From assembly GCA_051362555.1 (NCBI GenBank), contig CM120640.1, forward strand, positions 41,332,788 through 41,396,787: 64,000 nt of DNA, in the 5' to 3' direction. The DNA is from Lingula anatina (taxonomy: Eukaryota; Animalia; Brachiopoda). The number at the start of each line of letters is the position of its first letter. Position 1 is the first letter of the stretch. The notes below the pieces were generated by a model. It worked only from the letters and a program-made list of their open reading frames with translations, was not told the DNA's origin and ran no database searches. Position numbers and translations under genes: made by a program. Positions 33,601 through 48,400 of this stretch are shown here, piece by piece.

Positions 33601-36600
33601 ACGTTTATCACTAAAAGAAAACCTAGGACCTTTTGTTATATAGCCGTCCGTGGTACTTTATGGATATCCCATTAGTTATACATTAAGGTCCTTTCGAACT
33701 CAACGCTTTCCCAAAAGTCACAAGTATCGATAAATAATACCCTCTGCCAATGCAATTTAACCAGTGTGATATCAAAACTTGAGAGTAACCATCTTCCGCT
33801 ACTAGGTGTAACATTGTGCAGACTTCCAGCGAAAATGGCTTTTTAAACGCTCTGATGTGCGACCATTTCATCGCCCTGCTCCATAAACATCAGGATGATG
33901 ATTGATAGTCCGCCGTGCCAGTCACGCCGTTAAATACTACTCCGTTTGCAGGAAGAAATATTAAAATCCTACAGATTTATTATTTTCATCGAATTACAAT
34001 AGACATTTCAAGATACACGACCGTTTAGACGGCGATTTTTAGATATTTAAATAGTGTTTTATATTTCTTAAAATCCTGACAAACCGCAGACAACGTGGAT
34101 GTCAAATTTCCCAATGGCTGTAAAAATATAGCAGCAGCAGTTGTAAACAGTTTAGGAAATTAGAAACGTTGATGGCCAATCTTGGCGCAAACTGTCAGTT
34201 TAAAAAGTGATCTTGCTGCAATATATTGAATTCTTGTTAGGAACTTAAGTATGCACCTGGGAGATATGCCACGTCAGTTGACATCTGTCTGCTCGCGCGC
34301 GTTCGTTCAATCAGACCAAATACAACATAATTGGGTTCCAAAAACGCCAGTATTAAACCTCACCCTCATGTTTTTAAAATCTTTTTTTTTTATTATTATT
34401 ATTATTTTCGAAAAAAAGTGAAAAAAATTTACTTTTCACCCACATAATTTCTATCAGCTTACGACGGGTTTAATTCACGCTCGCGGGCTAAGTAGAATAT
34501 CTGTTATTCCAACATCGCTTACAAATTCGGAGATGATTATAATTTGCTAATAAGCCTATTTTCCCCGCTGAGTGTGTAATAGTATTACCGGCCTTGATCA
34601 TCGATGGCGGTACGGGAACTATTATCAGTGTCTGCCGTTAAGAGTACGATGACTTTCAATAACTCCATGTGCCACACATTTGCGGACAAAATTGTGATTC
34701 ATATATAACTCATCGAGTTCATGTTATAATATGGGAGCAGAAAAATTGCAAATTTATCTCAGAAATGCTTTTTTATTTATTTATTTTTCTCTTTAACAAT
34801 TTATTCGGATTCTGTGTGTTGAGCTGAACTGTTGCTATAGTAAAGAGACGAGCTGTTTTCATCATATCCAGTATGGAAATAAGATATTAGATCTGTATAT
34901 TCCGAAGTAGATCACAAAACGAATATGTCTGTCAACTGTATAAGTAAGTCACAAAAACCTTTCCTAAATAAAAAAGTTTAAGCAGTACCATTTTTCGTGC
35001 AACAATTCAACCCCTAATAACCGTTCTTTAGATGGTGACACTAATATAGTTCATATAAAAACGGTTCATGTTGATTTCAAGTCTTTAAATCACAGCCTAT
35101 AGGTTCCTGTTACATTTTTACATTTTATGATTTGAAAAAAATATCCATATTCATATTCTGTGCAGTGTGTATTGCTATAAGAGTTTCCAATGACAATTTT
35201 TCAAATTCACGGGGATCGTGTATCGGTTTATTTGCCGGGCTGGTGAAGACCACGCTCTGATACAACGTCAAAAAAATGTCTGACCGTTTTATATTGATTT
35301 GATTTTTAAAAGGATTAAAAAATTAAATGTCAGTGTTCGATGTCGCTAGGTTTGGAGTTTGTCCTACTTGTTAGGAGGCAGTGTTGTTTTACATTGGGCC
35401 CCCAAGCCGCCGGCACGCTTGGTAGCTCTCGAAACAACATTACTAGCTACTTTTGTGAGAAGCATTGTGATTAATAGTTTTCATGTGTTTATTTTTTGAG
35501 GCAAAGTCGTCTGAATTTTGTAACAGTTTTTATTCGTGGATTTGAATCACTTCGGTTGATTAGAGCCCGCCGGAGCTAGGGGCAATGTTGTGGGGACTTA
35601 TGAGACAACGCCATTTTCTGCTACATTTAGTCTGGAGGCACATTTACGAGCCATTCTGTAAAAATTGTTATTAATGCAAATAGAAGATGAAAAGAAATCC
35701 CCTAGTTTGTGCGGTGGCTTTTGTGTCCACTGTGAATGTAAAGGTGAGCACGACTTGGCCACGGGTTATACGTTATGCTATAAATGTTTTTGCAAAGCTT
35801 TGTGTCCTACCGCTAGTTTTGAGTTCAGAATAATCAAATAACAGGAGCCCGAACACCCGATTGGCTTTCTGGCTTTTGAAAGGTGTTGGGAATAAAGAAC
35901 TGTGTTTTGGTTACACTTTCAAGCATTACGTGAACGGAGTGAATGCGGCGTGCCTGATGCGGCGCCGAAACGCCGGGATTTAGAGAATAGAATGTTTTTA
36001 ACAAAAACACTTGCTTTTTCACAAGAGGGCAACTTTCTTTTGCATGGCGGCGGTCCCAAAGCTTTTGTTCCTGCCCACAAATAAGCAGCTTTAACTCATG
36101 AGGCTGAATAAGAGGCTTAGAAGCATAAACAGCAATGGAGCGAAACACGGTAGCTAACATTGTGACAACGCGGCTTTTCAGATGTTGACTAGATTACCAC
36201 AATAGAGGGCTAATAATCAACAATAACTATTGACCCAACGTTTACAAAGTTTCACCCATTTCGAAAGGGTTAAATCTGCTATCCCAGCCCACGTCGCCTT
36301 CCACTCAATGAAGGAATTTGATAAACAATGCCATTATGTTCCTCCTTACCCACAGACACTGGTTAGAGTAGGGAAGAAAGAGAGCTGACAAAATAGAGTC
36401 GACAACCTACCTGAATCACCCTCATGTTCAAGCCTGTCTCTTGTGCGAGCTGCTCTCGTATGTGCCGGGTAGGTTTCGGCGTTGCTGCAAATGCTGCTTT
36501 CAATGTCTCTAATTGTTTTGCTTTTATTGTTGTCCTTGGGCCCCTTCTTTTCGTCCCCGATGTATTCCCCTCGCTGCCACTGGTGACTTCTTTCCCATCC

Positions 36601-39600
36601 TTTTGCATACTGTCTTTCTTTTCAGGACTACTGCTATTACTATTTGTATGTACCATGTCCTCCGATGCGGAAATATTTGAGCCTAAGTTTGGTATATTAT
36701 TATTGTTTTCTTTTCCTGACGTTGAATCACGACTGCAATTGTCCCCGTCTAAACTCTCTGTTGCGTCTCTGTCGGAGAGATTCCCGGGACTGGCTGCATC
36801 TAAGTCAAAATCGTTATCTTCGTAATCTGATCCTGAAAGACAAATTTCAACCATTTTCCTACAAATCAACATTCAACTATCAAGACATCAATTGTATATT
36901 CCAAGACATACACATTTTATGACGGACAATCTTACACTACTACATGATATCTAATTCAAAATTTAGATGTCGTAATATTTTCTACCAAAGACCAAATTTT
37001 AGTTGTCGTAATATTTTTACCAAAGAGTAAACGTAACTACATAATAACGGACTTATTGATATTGAAAATATTATTGCATTTGAAAATAAAAATATTTTAT
37101 TTAGTCATATTTCATTTTGATATGATACCATTTTGATCAATTTAAAGATACCTGGTACTTTTAATTAATCAACTAGTAACTTTAAATTAATAAACTAGTA
37201 TTAGCGGCAAAGGGATCTGTCTGGCGACCACAGCGCGGTAGTTTTTTCTCGCTGCATTATCCACCATCGTTACCTGATTACTTGATATAAATTATCGTTC
37301 ATTCCTTTTATTTTGTAATCTCCAGTCTCCCATTGTTACTTCCATCATTTTAAGATTAGAGTCTATGTATTGAGTAAAAACTGCCCATGTTCAGGACATT
37401 AGAGTAAATACTAGCTTCCATAATAGCGCTACTCGAAGATGCGCCCAAGCAAACATAAAGCTAAAACATGTCATGCAGAAGTAGTTTCAAGGAAACATTA
37501 TCAGAATAATACATCTCCAAAAGTGAGTTCGATGAAAAAAAGCATAATCGTAATCGAAGCCATTCATCTTGAAGAGGCCTAGGTCTATTACAATCCCTTC
37601 TATGACAAGCGGTGGGGCAGATTTTTTCACGCCGTTTTCAGCTGCAAATAGGTTTTACTAAATAATAATTTTTAAACAAAAAACTACTTAATAAATAAAG
37701 AATTAATAAATATAAATTACACAAAGAATCCTTTCAGTTTCATTCACATCTTTGCTTTTTTTTCAAAAAAATTTCTAGGCTCTGCCATTGTGAAAATGTC
37801 TAGAAAAAAGCAAGTGGCCGGGAGAAGGAGCGAAATGGCCCGAGGGTACCAGGGATCTCTGTGTTTTTAGAGCCCAGTGTCGCTGAGGTACGTGGCTCAC
37901 CACTGAACAAACATCGGTGTCGTGTTTATGTGCCTTGATGTTATTGTTTACGCTTCGGGAGTGAAAGCATGGCTGCGCCTAAGTAACATTTATTTACCGC
38001 TTAGCTATCTTTAAGGAATTTTTGTTTTCATAAGCTTTTTGTTCTGGCCATCTTTTTGCGAGTGGTGCTGCTCTCAGGTTGAGTGTCGGGTCTATAGGGC
38101 CATTCTAGCATGTAACGACCGCCACAAAGGTAGGCTTTGATCAAAGCCTTTTATGGGGATTTTATTTTCATAGCCTTTGCTTATTCTTCTGTATTAATGC
38201 CCTGACCGAGAAAAATGTCGTAGGGGATTTTACTTTTGTCCCAGCGCTGCGGAGAAGAGTATGCAGCCAAGGCAGGTCGGAGCTACACATACCAATGGAT
38301 AAAAAAACCCTTTGAATTAAGCTTGCCGCTACCATTAACGACCCTAGAGATGGGAAGATGATACACTAGTCCGACCGCTTCACCGACCTGTTAAACGCTT
38401 CATTTCGTCTAAAATGATCTGCTTTTCGGTAACTTAACGCCGACAGCTCTCGCAAAGTTTCCCTCAAAAACAAGGTATCATGATAGAGCAGCTCTCACCT
38501 GTACTTCTCTCGGGCACGTCGCTGTGCGCCCCGATATAGAACGGACTCTATATGATTCTACCCAACTGTGTGACGCTATAATGATTTTGGCAAATAAAAC
38601 CTTTTTTCCGCCAGTTATTTCTTAAAAGGGGATTAATTAAACACAATTTATCAGTCTACAATGAATGGGTTTTTAAGGAGTTCATTCATGTAGCTTGCGC
38701 GTTTTCTGCTTTACAGAATTTGATGTTCAACGATCCGATCGAAAAATAAATTGACGCTATTTATCTCCACTATAAAAATGGAGGCATGGTTGTTGACGTA
38801 CTTAGTATCAGTGTGAATCACTTTAAAGCAATTTCTTCCTCATAAAATTGATATTCTGAATGAGATACGATCCAAGGGACAAGGATTTCATAAAGATCGC
38901 ACGCTCTGTCGCCTGTGAAATTCTCTGCAGATAGAATGCATTTGAAAAATGGGGGCAAAGGTCACGTGTGATTGCTCAAATTCATTTCATATCGTACATG
39001 CATATCCGACAGCCGTCCGTAGTTCTGTTCGTATGAAGTGCTTAAATATGCTTCCAGCAAACCACCTGCTTGGTTTTCCGGATCGGAACAATCCAGCCTG
39101 AAACAATGCTATATTAAGGAGTCGAGTCTCCAAGCATCCTTCCGGAGCCCCGCCATCACGGGCAGACGCTCCGTGAGGTATTACAGACCAAGACACCAAG
39201 TAATGATTCTGAACGAAACGTTATAGCTTTATTCTTTAAAGAAAAACATGTTTAATATTTTTAAATAATTGAAATAATGTTTAAAATCGAAAAATAATTT
39301 TTTGAAAGGATAGTTTCATCTTAAAAATTAGCTAGCCCAAATGCAACATCCCATTGGACCGTAAGTGTTTCTATCAACGTTGCTGCTCGCGACAGATGAT
39401 CCCGCTTGATTAAACGGGGTTTAATTACAGTTTGTAATTGGTGCATTTATCGTATTAAACTGACAGCTAACACACAGACAAAAGACAAAGGATCGCGTCC
39501 AGTTGCCGGGAATTCCCTAACGGGCACCCCATGGGAAATACTCTCTGATTTACGATAAAAATTGCAGAAAAAATATTATTGTGCGACTCGCAGAATGAAT

Positions 39601-40884
39601 CTTTGCTACAGACAGTATGTGGGGGATATGCGAAGAGCCAAAAAACGGCTTGCCACTAAGAAACTATTTTGTTTACAAATTGACACGAATAAAATAAAAT
39701 TGTAATTGTAAAATTCCATTGAAAATTTTCATTTCCTGCAGAATCAAGTTCCGACACAAAAATAATGTGGAATGAGCAGAAATTATGTAAAAGAGGGATA
39801 ATTTCCCGCATATATTGTCCCAATATCGAAAGTCGGTGAATTCATAGCAGATCGATTTCAAGTTGACTCGGTGAATCAATACGCACAGGCTTTGACTTAC
39901 TGCGGTCGCCAGCTGCTGCAGTTCTTTCCTTAGGCCAGGAGACCCCATTAAAATGCAACTATTCCCTCACAGCTCATTCTCTCTATAGAATACACGCCCA
40001 ATGAATGGTAGAGGTTTTCATAATAAGGGTGACTAGGCAATACAACCTACTATCTCCACTGAAAAGACGCCCGTTTATTCAGTTCCACTACACCCTTTTT
40101 TCTCGTCATAACTGCTATATGGTATCAAAATCGGATATTTTATTTCGCGTGAAGGATTTCAGCTACCTCGGTACAAGTATACTTATGTTTGCTCGCGGCA
40201 TATTTTCCTGATCTGTCCCGTAAAATATGTCCAACGGAACCTGTCAATCTATGAGATCGATACAGTTCCCGTGGCTTCTAACCTAGATCTTCCTTAACCA
40301 TCGATCTTCAATGGGGACTCTGTGTGTAAGGCACAACATTTATAGTTTTAATGAAGTCATCATAAAGAATTTATACAATGAAAATAAGTGAAGCAGCCTA
40401 ATGTATTAAATGAAGAAATCGATAAAATAGCCGATCTACCCCGAAGGAAAATCCTTTTTGCCAAAATAGTATGCTCTTTGACTTCAAATCAATGCCGGGC
40501 ATTCGGAATTTCTTAACAGTTGACTTCTGAAATATTGATGAAGTGTATGTTTTATTCTACCTTCTTACAAATCAATCTAGACGCAAGCGCACAATGAGCC
40601 GCGGATATTCCTTGTATTTCAGCTTTGATTGCAGGAGAATATGAAGCTGAAATTCAGTTTATTTAATGGTAGAAATACAATAACCGATACTTGAACAATG
40701 CTGATCCGTCGTGAGCTTTCTAAGTGTGCTTGCTTTTGGCGACATTCGGTACACAGTAAACAGCGTCTTCTTTTGACAACCACCGCCAAATTGATAATAT
40801 TCCCCACCCCTTTTTCCTTTTCCGATATTTTGACATATTATCTCTTTCTTTCTTTACTCTCTTTCTTTCTTTACTCTCTTTCCT

Positions 40885-40929
<45 letters not shown>

Positions 40930-43900
40930 TAAAGGGAGATATCCAATATTTTTAACGCCTTCCGTGCAATGAATACTGAAAATATCGCTTCCCTCAAGTG
41001 CTATGTTTGTAACCGACTCTCTCCGATTTGAGCTGAAACTGCTGGGAATTTATTTTTCTTCACCTACGAACATAAACAACTGCAGTTGCTGTATAAATTT
41101 ACGCAATTCGCACAAATATACAACAGAAATATGTATGCCTATTCTGTCTTGCCCAATTTGCAATGACTAACCACATACCTAATTCCTCACAGCTCGTAAA
41201 ATTCGTCCCTACTTTACGACTGAACGGTAGAACAGTAAATTGTCAGAGAGCCGGTCTACCTTGTCCGATAAAACAATGGGCGGCCATGATCAAAGGGTTT
41301 GTCTTCAGGTGTGTGTATTGTTCTTTTATTAAATTACCGGTAGATGGATAAACAACAGCACTGGTGGAAATCCATAACAGAATGGATGGGTACATACGAA
41401 AGACAATAACCAAGCCGCAATACTTTAAATAACGAACAAATCAATGAAATCCTAGTAAAGATAACGACTACTTGGGAAATTCGGTGCATTGTAGTAAATT
41501 GTACATTCCGAAGTCGCTTAAATACCGCCATTATAACAATGCACAGTTTGAAATATACATTAATGTGATTTGTAATGTGAGGAAAATCAAATGGGATTTG
41601 TAATGTGAGGCAAATCAAATGGGATTTGCTTTCGATGCCTATTTAAGTATTATTATACTAGACCTAGAAATTGTTGCTTCGAGCTTTTTTAATAGATATA
41701 TATTTTAGATGCATTATCAAATATAACATAGTTTCAATATCTATCGAATATTTACCCACTTTACTTAATATTAAGCTTGGATAATTTTTGAATGAGTAAA
41801 TTTTTTTAATTGAAAAAGAAAAAAAAAGAAATCTAGACCATCTGCCCAGCAGTCGCGTTCTCGTGCCTTGACTGGCGTCTCCAGAGACACAGGGTTGCAC
41901 AGAGAGAGAGAGGCAGAAAGCGGCATTGATGTCGTCCTCAATACGAAGAACAAGAAATCGATCAGAACAAGAGAGTCGAGAATAACTCTCTGCGACAGAA
42001 ATGAGAAAAAGGGAGACGGAAGAGACGACGAGAGAAAGGCACGGATTGAGTGAGGAAGGGGTTTGAATAGAGGAGCGTTGCTAGCAGAAGTGACTTAGTG
42101 CGAGCAGCAAATATATTTTTCTCAGCGCACTTTCCGCACTGGGAACACCGCCCGCACACGCCTCACTGAACCACAACATAATAATAAGAAAATCTACAGA
42201 GTTTTATCGTATTACAGGACATTTCCATGTCGAATCCTGAGCACACGTCGCCTTTCTATATTTCATTAATCCCTGTTACCAAGAAGGTCACAATCGCTCG
42301 GTCGAACATGAGGAGGAATCAATGGAACAATATTCTGCTGCGCTAAGAAGCGCACTGAAATCATATTGGATATTTACAATTCAGTAGTGTTTGTTTTAGA
42401 ATCAGTGTAACCGAGTTTACACTTCAATTAAGGTTCGTTTTCTTTCCACACTTCTTCCGACTGGGCAGTGAAGCTTCCCCTCAATGTCAACCGTGCTGTG
42501 TGCCTTCCCTGCTCACAACGGAAAAGAGGGTATTTATTTAAGTTCATGAGTAATGTAATAATTAATTGAGCATAATTAATCCCCACTTACCTTGGCATTT
42601 ACTATTAATATAGTCCTCTTTGCAGATAAATTTATTTTCATCCAGCACATAAAGTTCTTCTCCCGTTGAGAGTTGTTTTCTGCAGACCATGCATGTAAAA
42701 CACTTGAGGTGGAATACTTTTTCTCGCGCCCGCCTCACGAGATCATTGGGGGAAATTCCTTGACTACAACCAGCACACTTTGTTCCGAAACGTCTGCAAG
42801 AAAAAAAAATAATAGACATGATATTTTTTCTGGATTTTATTTTTCCTTTAATACCGAAATAATTAATATTATCAAGTAACATATAAAAAGAAAATAATTA
42901 TGTGCATTAAAAATAATGTACCTCGATTAGTGTAACTGTTTGTAACTGTTTGTTACAGGCCATTGAATGAGGGTTTAATGACGAACTTCTCTCAGAGAGC
43001 ATGTCTGTCTCCATAGCAATTATAATTTTACATAATTCTCTGCAATGGCCGCGAGTTCCCACAGCGGAGTTTTGCTTCGGGATGGACTCAAATTGCTCGT
43101 CAGACATCTCCGTAAGACAGTGCGGATCAGTTTACGGCTCTAAATTTGGAAGAACAAACACGAAGTAACATTCTAGACCCCGAAACAGCAAGATTCGGTA
43201 AAACTTGTCGTAGCCAATTAACAACGAGTACTAATAGTCAGTAGCGTGATATCGCATGGTTATGTGTACAACAGACAACCGGCCTAGACGCCTATGTTTT
43301 TGTATTAGCGAAAGGCCACTGTGAACCGGGAAAAAATAACACTCGTGTTAAAAGGATGAGCCAGTACATCTATCTGTTTTGAAGGACAAAAAATGCATCT
43401 TTAGAAAAAATTCAGTAGATAAAATAACGTCTGTCGACAATTTATTTCATTTATTCTATTCACTTATTTTATTTATTTTTTTTTTTTACAGCAAAATGTC
43501 ATCACTTTTGTGCAAATATTCAACAGATGACTGTAGCTCTAGATCAAATCTGTACAATGGAGGTTTTCATTTTAGCCTATAAGTAATACAATTACACGTC
43601 TTAACGAAATTACAAAACTATTAGACACCGCACGATACTCCCAGAAGACCAAGCCTTTGCCGCGGTCTACTGTAAAAGAAATAATCGGGACAACATGAAA
43701 GAGAAAGCTGACATATTTTTGTGCGATGTGAGAGCTTTCTTCGCGCGTTTGATATGTTGTTGAAAAGATCAAAATTCACTTTTTCAACACAACATTCGAC
43801 AGCTCTGTGATTTCGGGATCATGTTGTCTCGATAGGGCCCATTTCTCTGGTTTACAAACGGAACTAGCACTACTCAAATATTTTCTCATCACCCGATGAT

Positions 43901-45102
43901 CTAGGAATGGGGAAATATTTTTAGCATGTTATTCATCTTTTAAATATTTTATCAACGCATGGCGAATGTAAAATATTTGATTTAGCCTTGTATGAAATTT
44001 TCATCAACAAAAAGAGCTCGTATTTAGTTCCTCTTGTTCAAGTATGTGTGATTTATACATATAAAAACAAGAGGCCAGATGATATTATTCACTAAGGTCG
44101 CTGTTGCCGACAAAAATCATCGTGATAGTGCAAACCTATGTAACTGTCGTTCGAAATCGGACGTGAGCGATCATACAAGTAGGAGAAAGCTTTTCACAAT
44201 TTCTGCACAATTAGTGCTCTCTAATTAATCCCTTCCTGCGCCGTGAAAGATGATAGTCGACACACTAACGGACAGTAAAGTAGACAAACTTGAGAGTGAA
44301 AATCACGAAAACAACAATGAACCACCCACAAGTGGTGGCGTAAAATTGCATTTAATCTACCGTCACGCTGCTATTTCGATTTGATTCATATTATGTAAAT
44401 AGACAAAAAATATTCACACGATTGACAAATTGGTTCATATATTTTCTATATGCTGTGTAATGGGTAATGCAGCGTAGTTCACTCGAACCCAAGCTGCTAG
44501 ACCGGTTATCGCGTTAAGTCTGTCAATACAGTGTAATTTTAAAGTCAGGGGTACTTAGCTACTGTAAGCCCACTACTACATTCGGTGTGTATTTGATGCA
44601 TTACTATATGACGTAATCTTGGATCTAGTCATGCGTTACAGTCAGACACCGACTAGAAAGTATAATCCCGTGTGGACCTTAATCATCACTTCGGTGTGTT
44701 AATATTATAGTCACTACCAGGCAAGACTACAAGAACTATGTATTATTCATATTAAAAACATTCACTGCTACTAAAATAAAAGGCAAACACTGAAATATCG
44801 GAATCATAATAACGACCTTAAAACACACATGTAATATGCCGTTGAATTCCATGTATATTTCTTCGAACGATTGTCATATTTGTTGTGGTTGGGTATGACA
44901 GTCCTGTTTTGACAGATGTCTGTTGCACCTACCTGAAGAAATCTGTCCTGCAGTATAGCTTCCCGTCCCGACTAAAACATTTGTCAGCAAGGTTTGTTTT
45001 ACAGTCTGAGCACTGGACGCATTTGGCGTGCCACGTTCTGTCCAAGACATTAAATAGAAATCTATCCAGGATCGGGCGGTCGCACCCCGCACACACCACC
45101 AT
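25902..45102 (-). CDS. Lhx1/5: LIM/homeobox protein Lhx1/5 (Lim1 orthologue), 6 coding exons, 1269 nt, 422 aa
   Basis: Two LIM domains, the Lhx1/5-type homeodomain [70 protein letters not shown] and C-terminus HPAEMGEAW*; all introns GT-AG and in phase. Confidence 0.96.
27345..27373. repeat. (CA)n microsatellite
   Basis: Read directly. Confidence 0.85.
27597..27682. repeat. Compound poly(C), poly(A), (AG)n microsatellite in Lhx1/5 intron 5
   Basis: Read directly. Confidence 0.9.
27721..27837 (-). CDS. Lhx1/5: Lhx1/5 exon 5
   Basis: (D)[38 protein letters not shown](G); TTTCAG and GTAAGA flanks, phase 1-1; resembles the Tyr-rich YDFFP region of Lhx1. Confidence 0.85.
30132..30309 (-). CDS. 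Lhx1/5: Lhx1/5 exon 4 (homeodomain helix 3)
   Basis: [59 protein letters not shown]. Confidence 0.95.
36411..36832 (-). CDS. Lhx1/5: Lhx1/5 exon 3 (linker and homeodomain helices 1-2)
   Basis: SDYEDNDFD...[49 protein letters not shown]. Confidence 0.94.
40888..40927. repeat. (CT)n microsatellite
   Basis: Read directly. Confidence 0.9.
41567..41628. repeat. 28-bp tandem duplication
   Basis: GATTTGTAATGTGAGG(A/C)AAATCAAATGG twice. Confidence 0.8.
42591..42793 (-). CDS. Lhx1/5: Lhx1/5 exon 2 (LIM2)
   Basis: [67 protein letters not shown](G). Confidence 0.95.
44933..45102 (-). CDS. Lhx1/5: Lhx1/5 coding exon 1 (LIM1)
   Basis: [56 protein letters not shown](R). Confidence 0.94.
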
Positions 45103-45473
45103 TCTTTGGACCGCCAGTTTCGTAGTTGCTCCCAGGGTGCAGGGCTGATACGAAGGGACTAGCGGGTTCTCTTCTCGAGCTCTCTCAGCAACAACTGTGT
45201 ACGGCGGCTCAGGCTGGCTTCGCGTCGCTTAGTTCACCATCAGAGATTTGTACGCAGTTTTTTGATCAGGAGAAAATTAAGTAACTGTCCTTCCTCGTAT
45301 TTGCAACCACTGGCCGGCGCTCGCGTACTATATCCACTCTAGCTATATCCACACATGCAATGGGACCAAAGGGCCTCAGTGTGGGAGCTAGTATCCCACT
45401 GGCTGATACAAGCCACGCCTCCTGCCAATCATTGCAGTTGCTAGGAAGCTTCTATAGTAAAGTGTTGCCCTCG

Positions 45474-45479
45474 TTTATA
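45474..45479 (-). promoter_or_regulatory. Candidate TATA box of Lhx1/5
   Basis: TATAAA on the minus strand about 370 bp upstream of the ATG; motif only. Confidence 0.3.
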
Positions 45480-48400
45480 ATGTCAATACAATGGCTAAAG
45501 CTTTTGTATGTCAAGTATTATAGTTTTCAAGACTGCTTCCATCACTAGCACAATCGGGGCACCGTTCGTATTGAACCTGTAAAGACAATTATAACTAATG
45601 GCCCATAATAAGCTTAATCTTAGAAAAGCTTGCTTGGTCCTTTTGCCCATGAGCTGTTCGAGTCTTTTGTGGCATCAAGCAAGTGTCAAAAGAAGTTTGT
45701 ACACGTAGCCGTATTAAACAGAAAGTCACCCCATACATAACAACGCCTTGCGGAGCTTTGTGAATTCTACCGGGACGCTGATCGTGTTCCTTTTATCTTG
45801 AGATCGAGTTTCTCGCATTGCAGGCTTAAAGTGGCCACGAAGTGGGGCGAGGCCTCCAATGCCTTCAAGGGAATTCTTTTCCAGCAAAAAGACATTTTTT
45901 GCACGTTTCTCCCTCCAGCTGACCACCACTGCTGTGGTCAGATGCTGTCAGATACCCCCTGTCCTGCCGGACGGCAATCACACTCAATTTGTTAATGTGA
46001 GTCACAAATACACTCTGTCGTTTTGTTTGTTTATTATTGCTGTTTTTATCCAAATGGTCAGCACACGTAGAGTAGGCCTACCTGCCTGTCAGCCAAAGCA
46101 AGGGGTGGTCAGCGTGTAAGTATTGAGTCATAATTTTGTTTTCACAAACAAATATAAAGCATCTAATTTTGATAATATATATTACTGTAAAGCATTTAGT
46201 ATAAATTTCAAATGACTTACATATGGTGGTTATTTTGAGAGCAAAATTTTATCACAAGCAACTGGGATTTGAGCATAAAATAAAGGACTATGTAAATTAT
46301 ATATACGAACAATATTACAATATTATACGACAACTGTAATAAAAGAATATTTTTTACCCTTGAATATAAATTCAGCAAACGCGATCACAACTTATCACAA
46401 TTTCTGCTGACAAGATGGTGGTTCTTTAAACACAGGCACAACGTGCCACGAATTTCAATTTTTATTTTAAAATTCTTGACAGTTTTGTTGTCTCGCGATT
46501 GCATCATTGTCTTCAATTGTCCTGTTTGTTAGTTTGGATTTAAAGTAGTTTGGCACAAAATTTATCTTATAGTATCTCAACCATAATCTAATATTTTATC
46601 TGTATATCTAAATTATTTTCTCTAATAACTTTCCGGTTTATAATCAGAAATTCTTGAACTTTCAAAATGCCAGGTTGTATAATCGCACTACATTTACCTT
46701 AAAAAATTATTTATTCAGCGCGCTGCGCCCCGCACGTGTCGAGGCGGACCTCAAATAAGCAGCGTCCAGAGAAACAAACACTGCTTGTTAAATTTATATT
46801 ACGACAAGCTAATTTCAAGCATATGCAATAGATTTATGATCAGTCCTGCGTCGGCATACACCGACTGGATTAACGCAAAGCCCACTAAATCTCCATGGAG
46901 TTGGAGACTCATTTTGATATGCATCATCAATATATGAAAGGCGAACGCGTAATAGCAAATACGATGGAAAACTGACACTTAACCTTTTGCTTTCTTGTTG
47001 GGAAACCCTTCAGGTCGGTACGGATGGAAATGTTAAAGTTGAAATGTTTTAAAAAAGATATATACGATTGCATATTTTTTCGATAGTTTTGGAAATGTAG
47101 AAATATTTCGACAGACTGGGCAGCTCTGTCTTGAATTGACAATGCGTAGTAAGAAAATTTGTAAAAGCCATCTAACATGCTACTACATATTTTTTCATCA
47201 AGCCAAATGATATTTTTAAAAAATATTACAGATATTATGAATGAAAAAACAGGACTTTACTACCTATTCTGATCTCAGTGTGGCACTAGAAGCGCATGTG
47301 TTCCTGCTAGTAGGTTTCCGTAAGGCATGTGGACACAGCGGCCAAGTATCTGTTGAATTTGTTTAAGTACAGTTTGACTATCCCGTTAATTGTAAATTGA
47401 GGGCGGGGGAGCGGAGTTTTGTTTCACACCTCGGGGTAGATCAAAGAGAAGCCGACCACTTGTTACTCTCGTTTTAATTCAATTAGTCCCTTCTGTTTGC
47501 AGGACGCAGCAGTCCAGACAATGACGGGTGAGGGGGATTAAACATTTAAACTTTAACACCGATTATGCAAGCACGTGTAAGAACTGTTTTGTTTAGTTTT
47601 CTCGCAGCTGGAATTCGGGATCTCGGGGCGAATGCATCAGGAAGAAAACGCAATATTATTATTAAAGTCACTTTACACAAGAGGGGAGCAGGACCAAAAG
47701 AAGACGAAGTCAGTGCATTTGTTCCTCTATCTGGTTTCAGAGATCCCCTTTTGCGCTCAAAAAATAAAAAAGGAACCTTGCAAAACAGCTGGATAAATCT
47801 TTCTGCAGTATGTGTATTTTAAACATTTTTGCGTTTTTCGCGTTTTGTGTTGATATATATCTTGTAAAAAAATAAAAAATAAAAAATAGGGATGGATATT
47901 ACCTTAATCCGCGCAATCCCGCAGAGCTGCCCAGGGAAAGTTGATTTGCGTTAATTAGGCTCCCTTGACGCTCGTGCACGGGCATTTCACATGGTTTGTT
48001 TCAGTGAATAAACCAGGCTGATGGTTAGCCACAGTATCAAAGAGTTAAAAGGACAAATAAGCAACCGATGCTCGCATTCTCCCATGACAAACCGCCTTTG
48101 ACTTGAAGGGGTTGGAGTGAGCAATGCCTAAAATCTGATACTGTTGTATAGGGACGCGATATAGGTAGTTTTAGATGACAGCGAGAGAGCGCTCTCCGGG
48201 TTTTGCCGCAGGCACTCGCTCAAGGTTGATATCAAAATTCAAAAGAAATATTACTTGTTTATCTCGTGTGAAAAAAGGATAACATTATCATTGTTTCCCC
48301 ATCAATATCGCTAAAGAATACAACAAAGGCCTCTGTTCTTTTTTTCTCTTTTTTTTTGTAAAATTTTCCAAGCCTTGGTGTTAAACTGATACAATAATAA

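Noticed and set aside
33642-33660. RE1/NRSE-like site GCCGTCCGTGGTACTTTA
   Set aside because: Four mismatches to the consensus, and REST is not expected in this lineage
36424-36825. 133-aa plus-strand ORF
   Set aside because: Antisense shadow of Lhx1/5 exon 3
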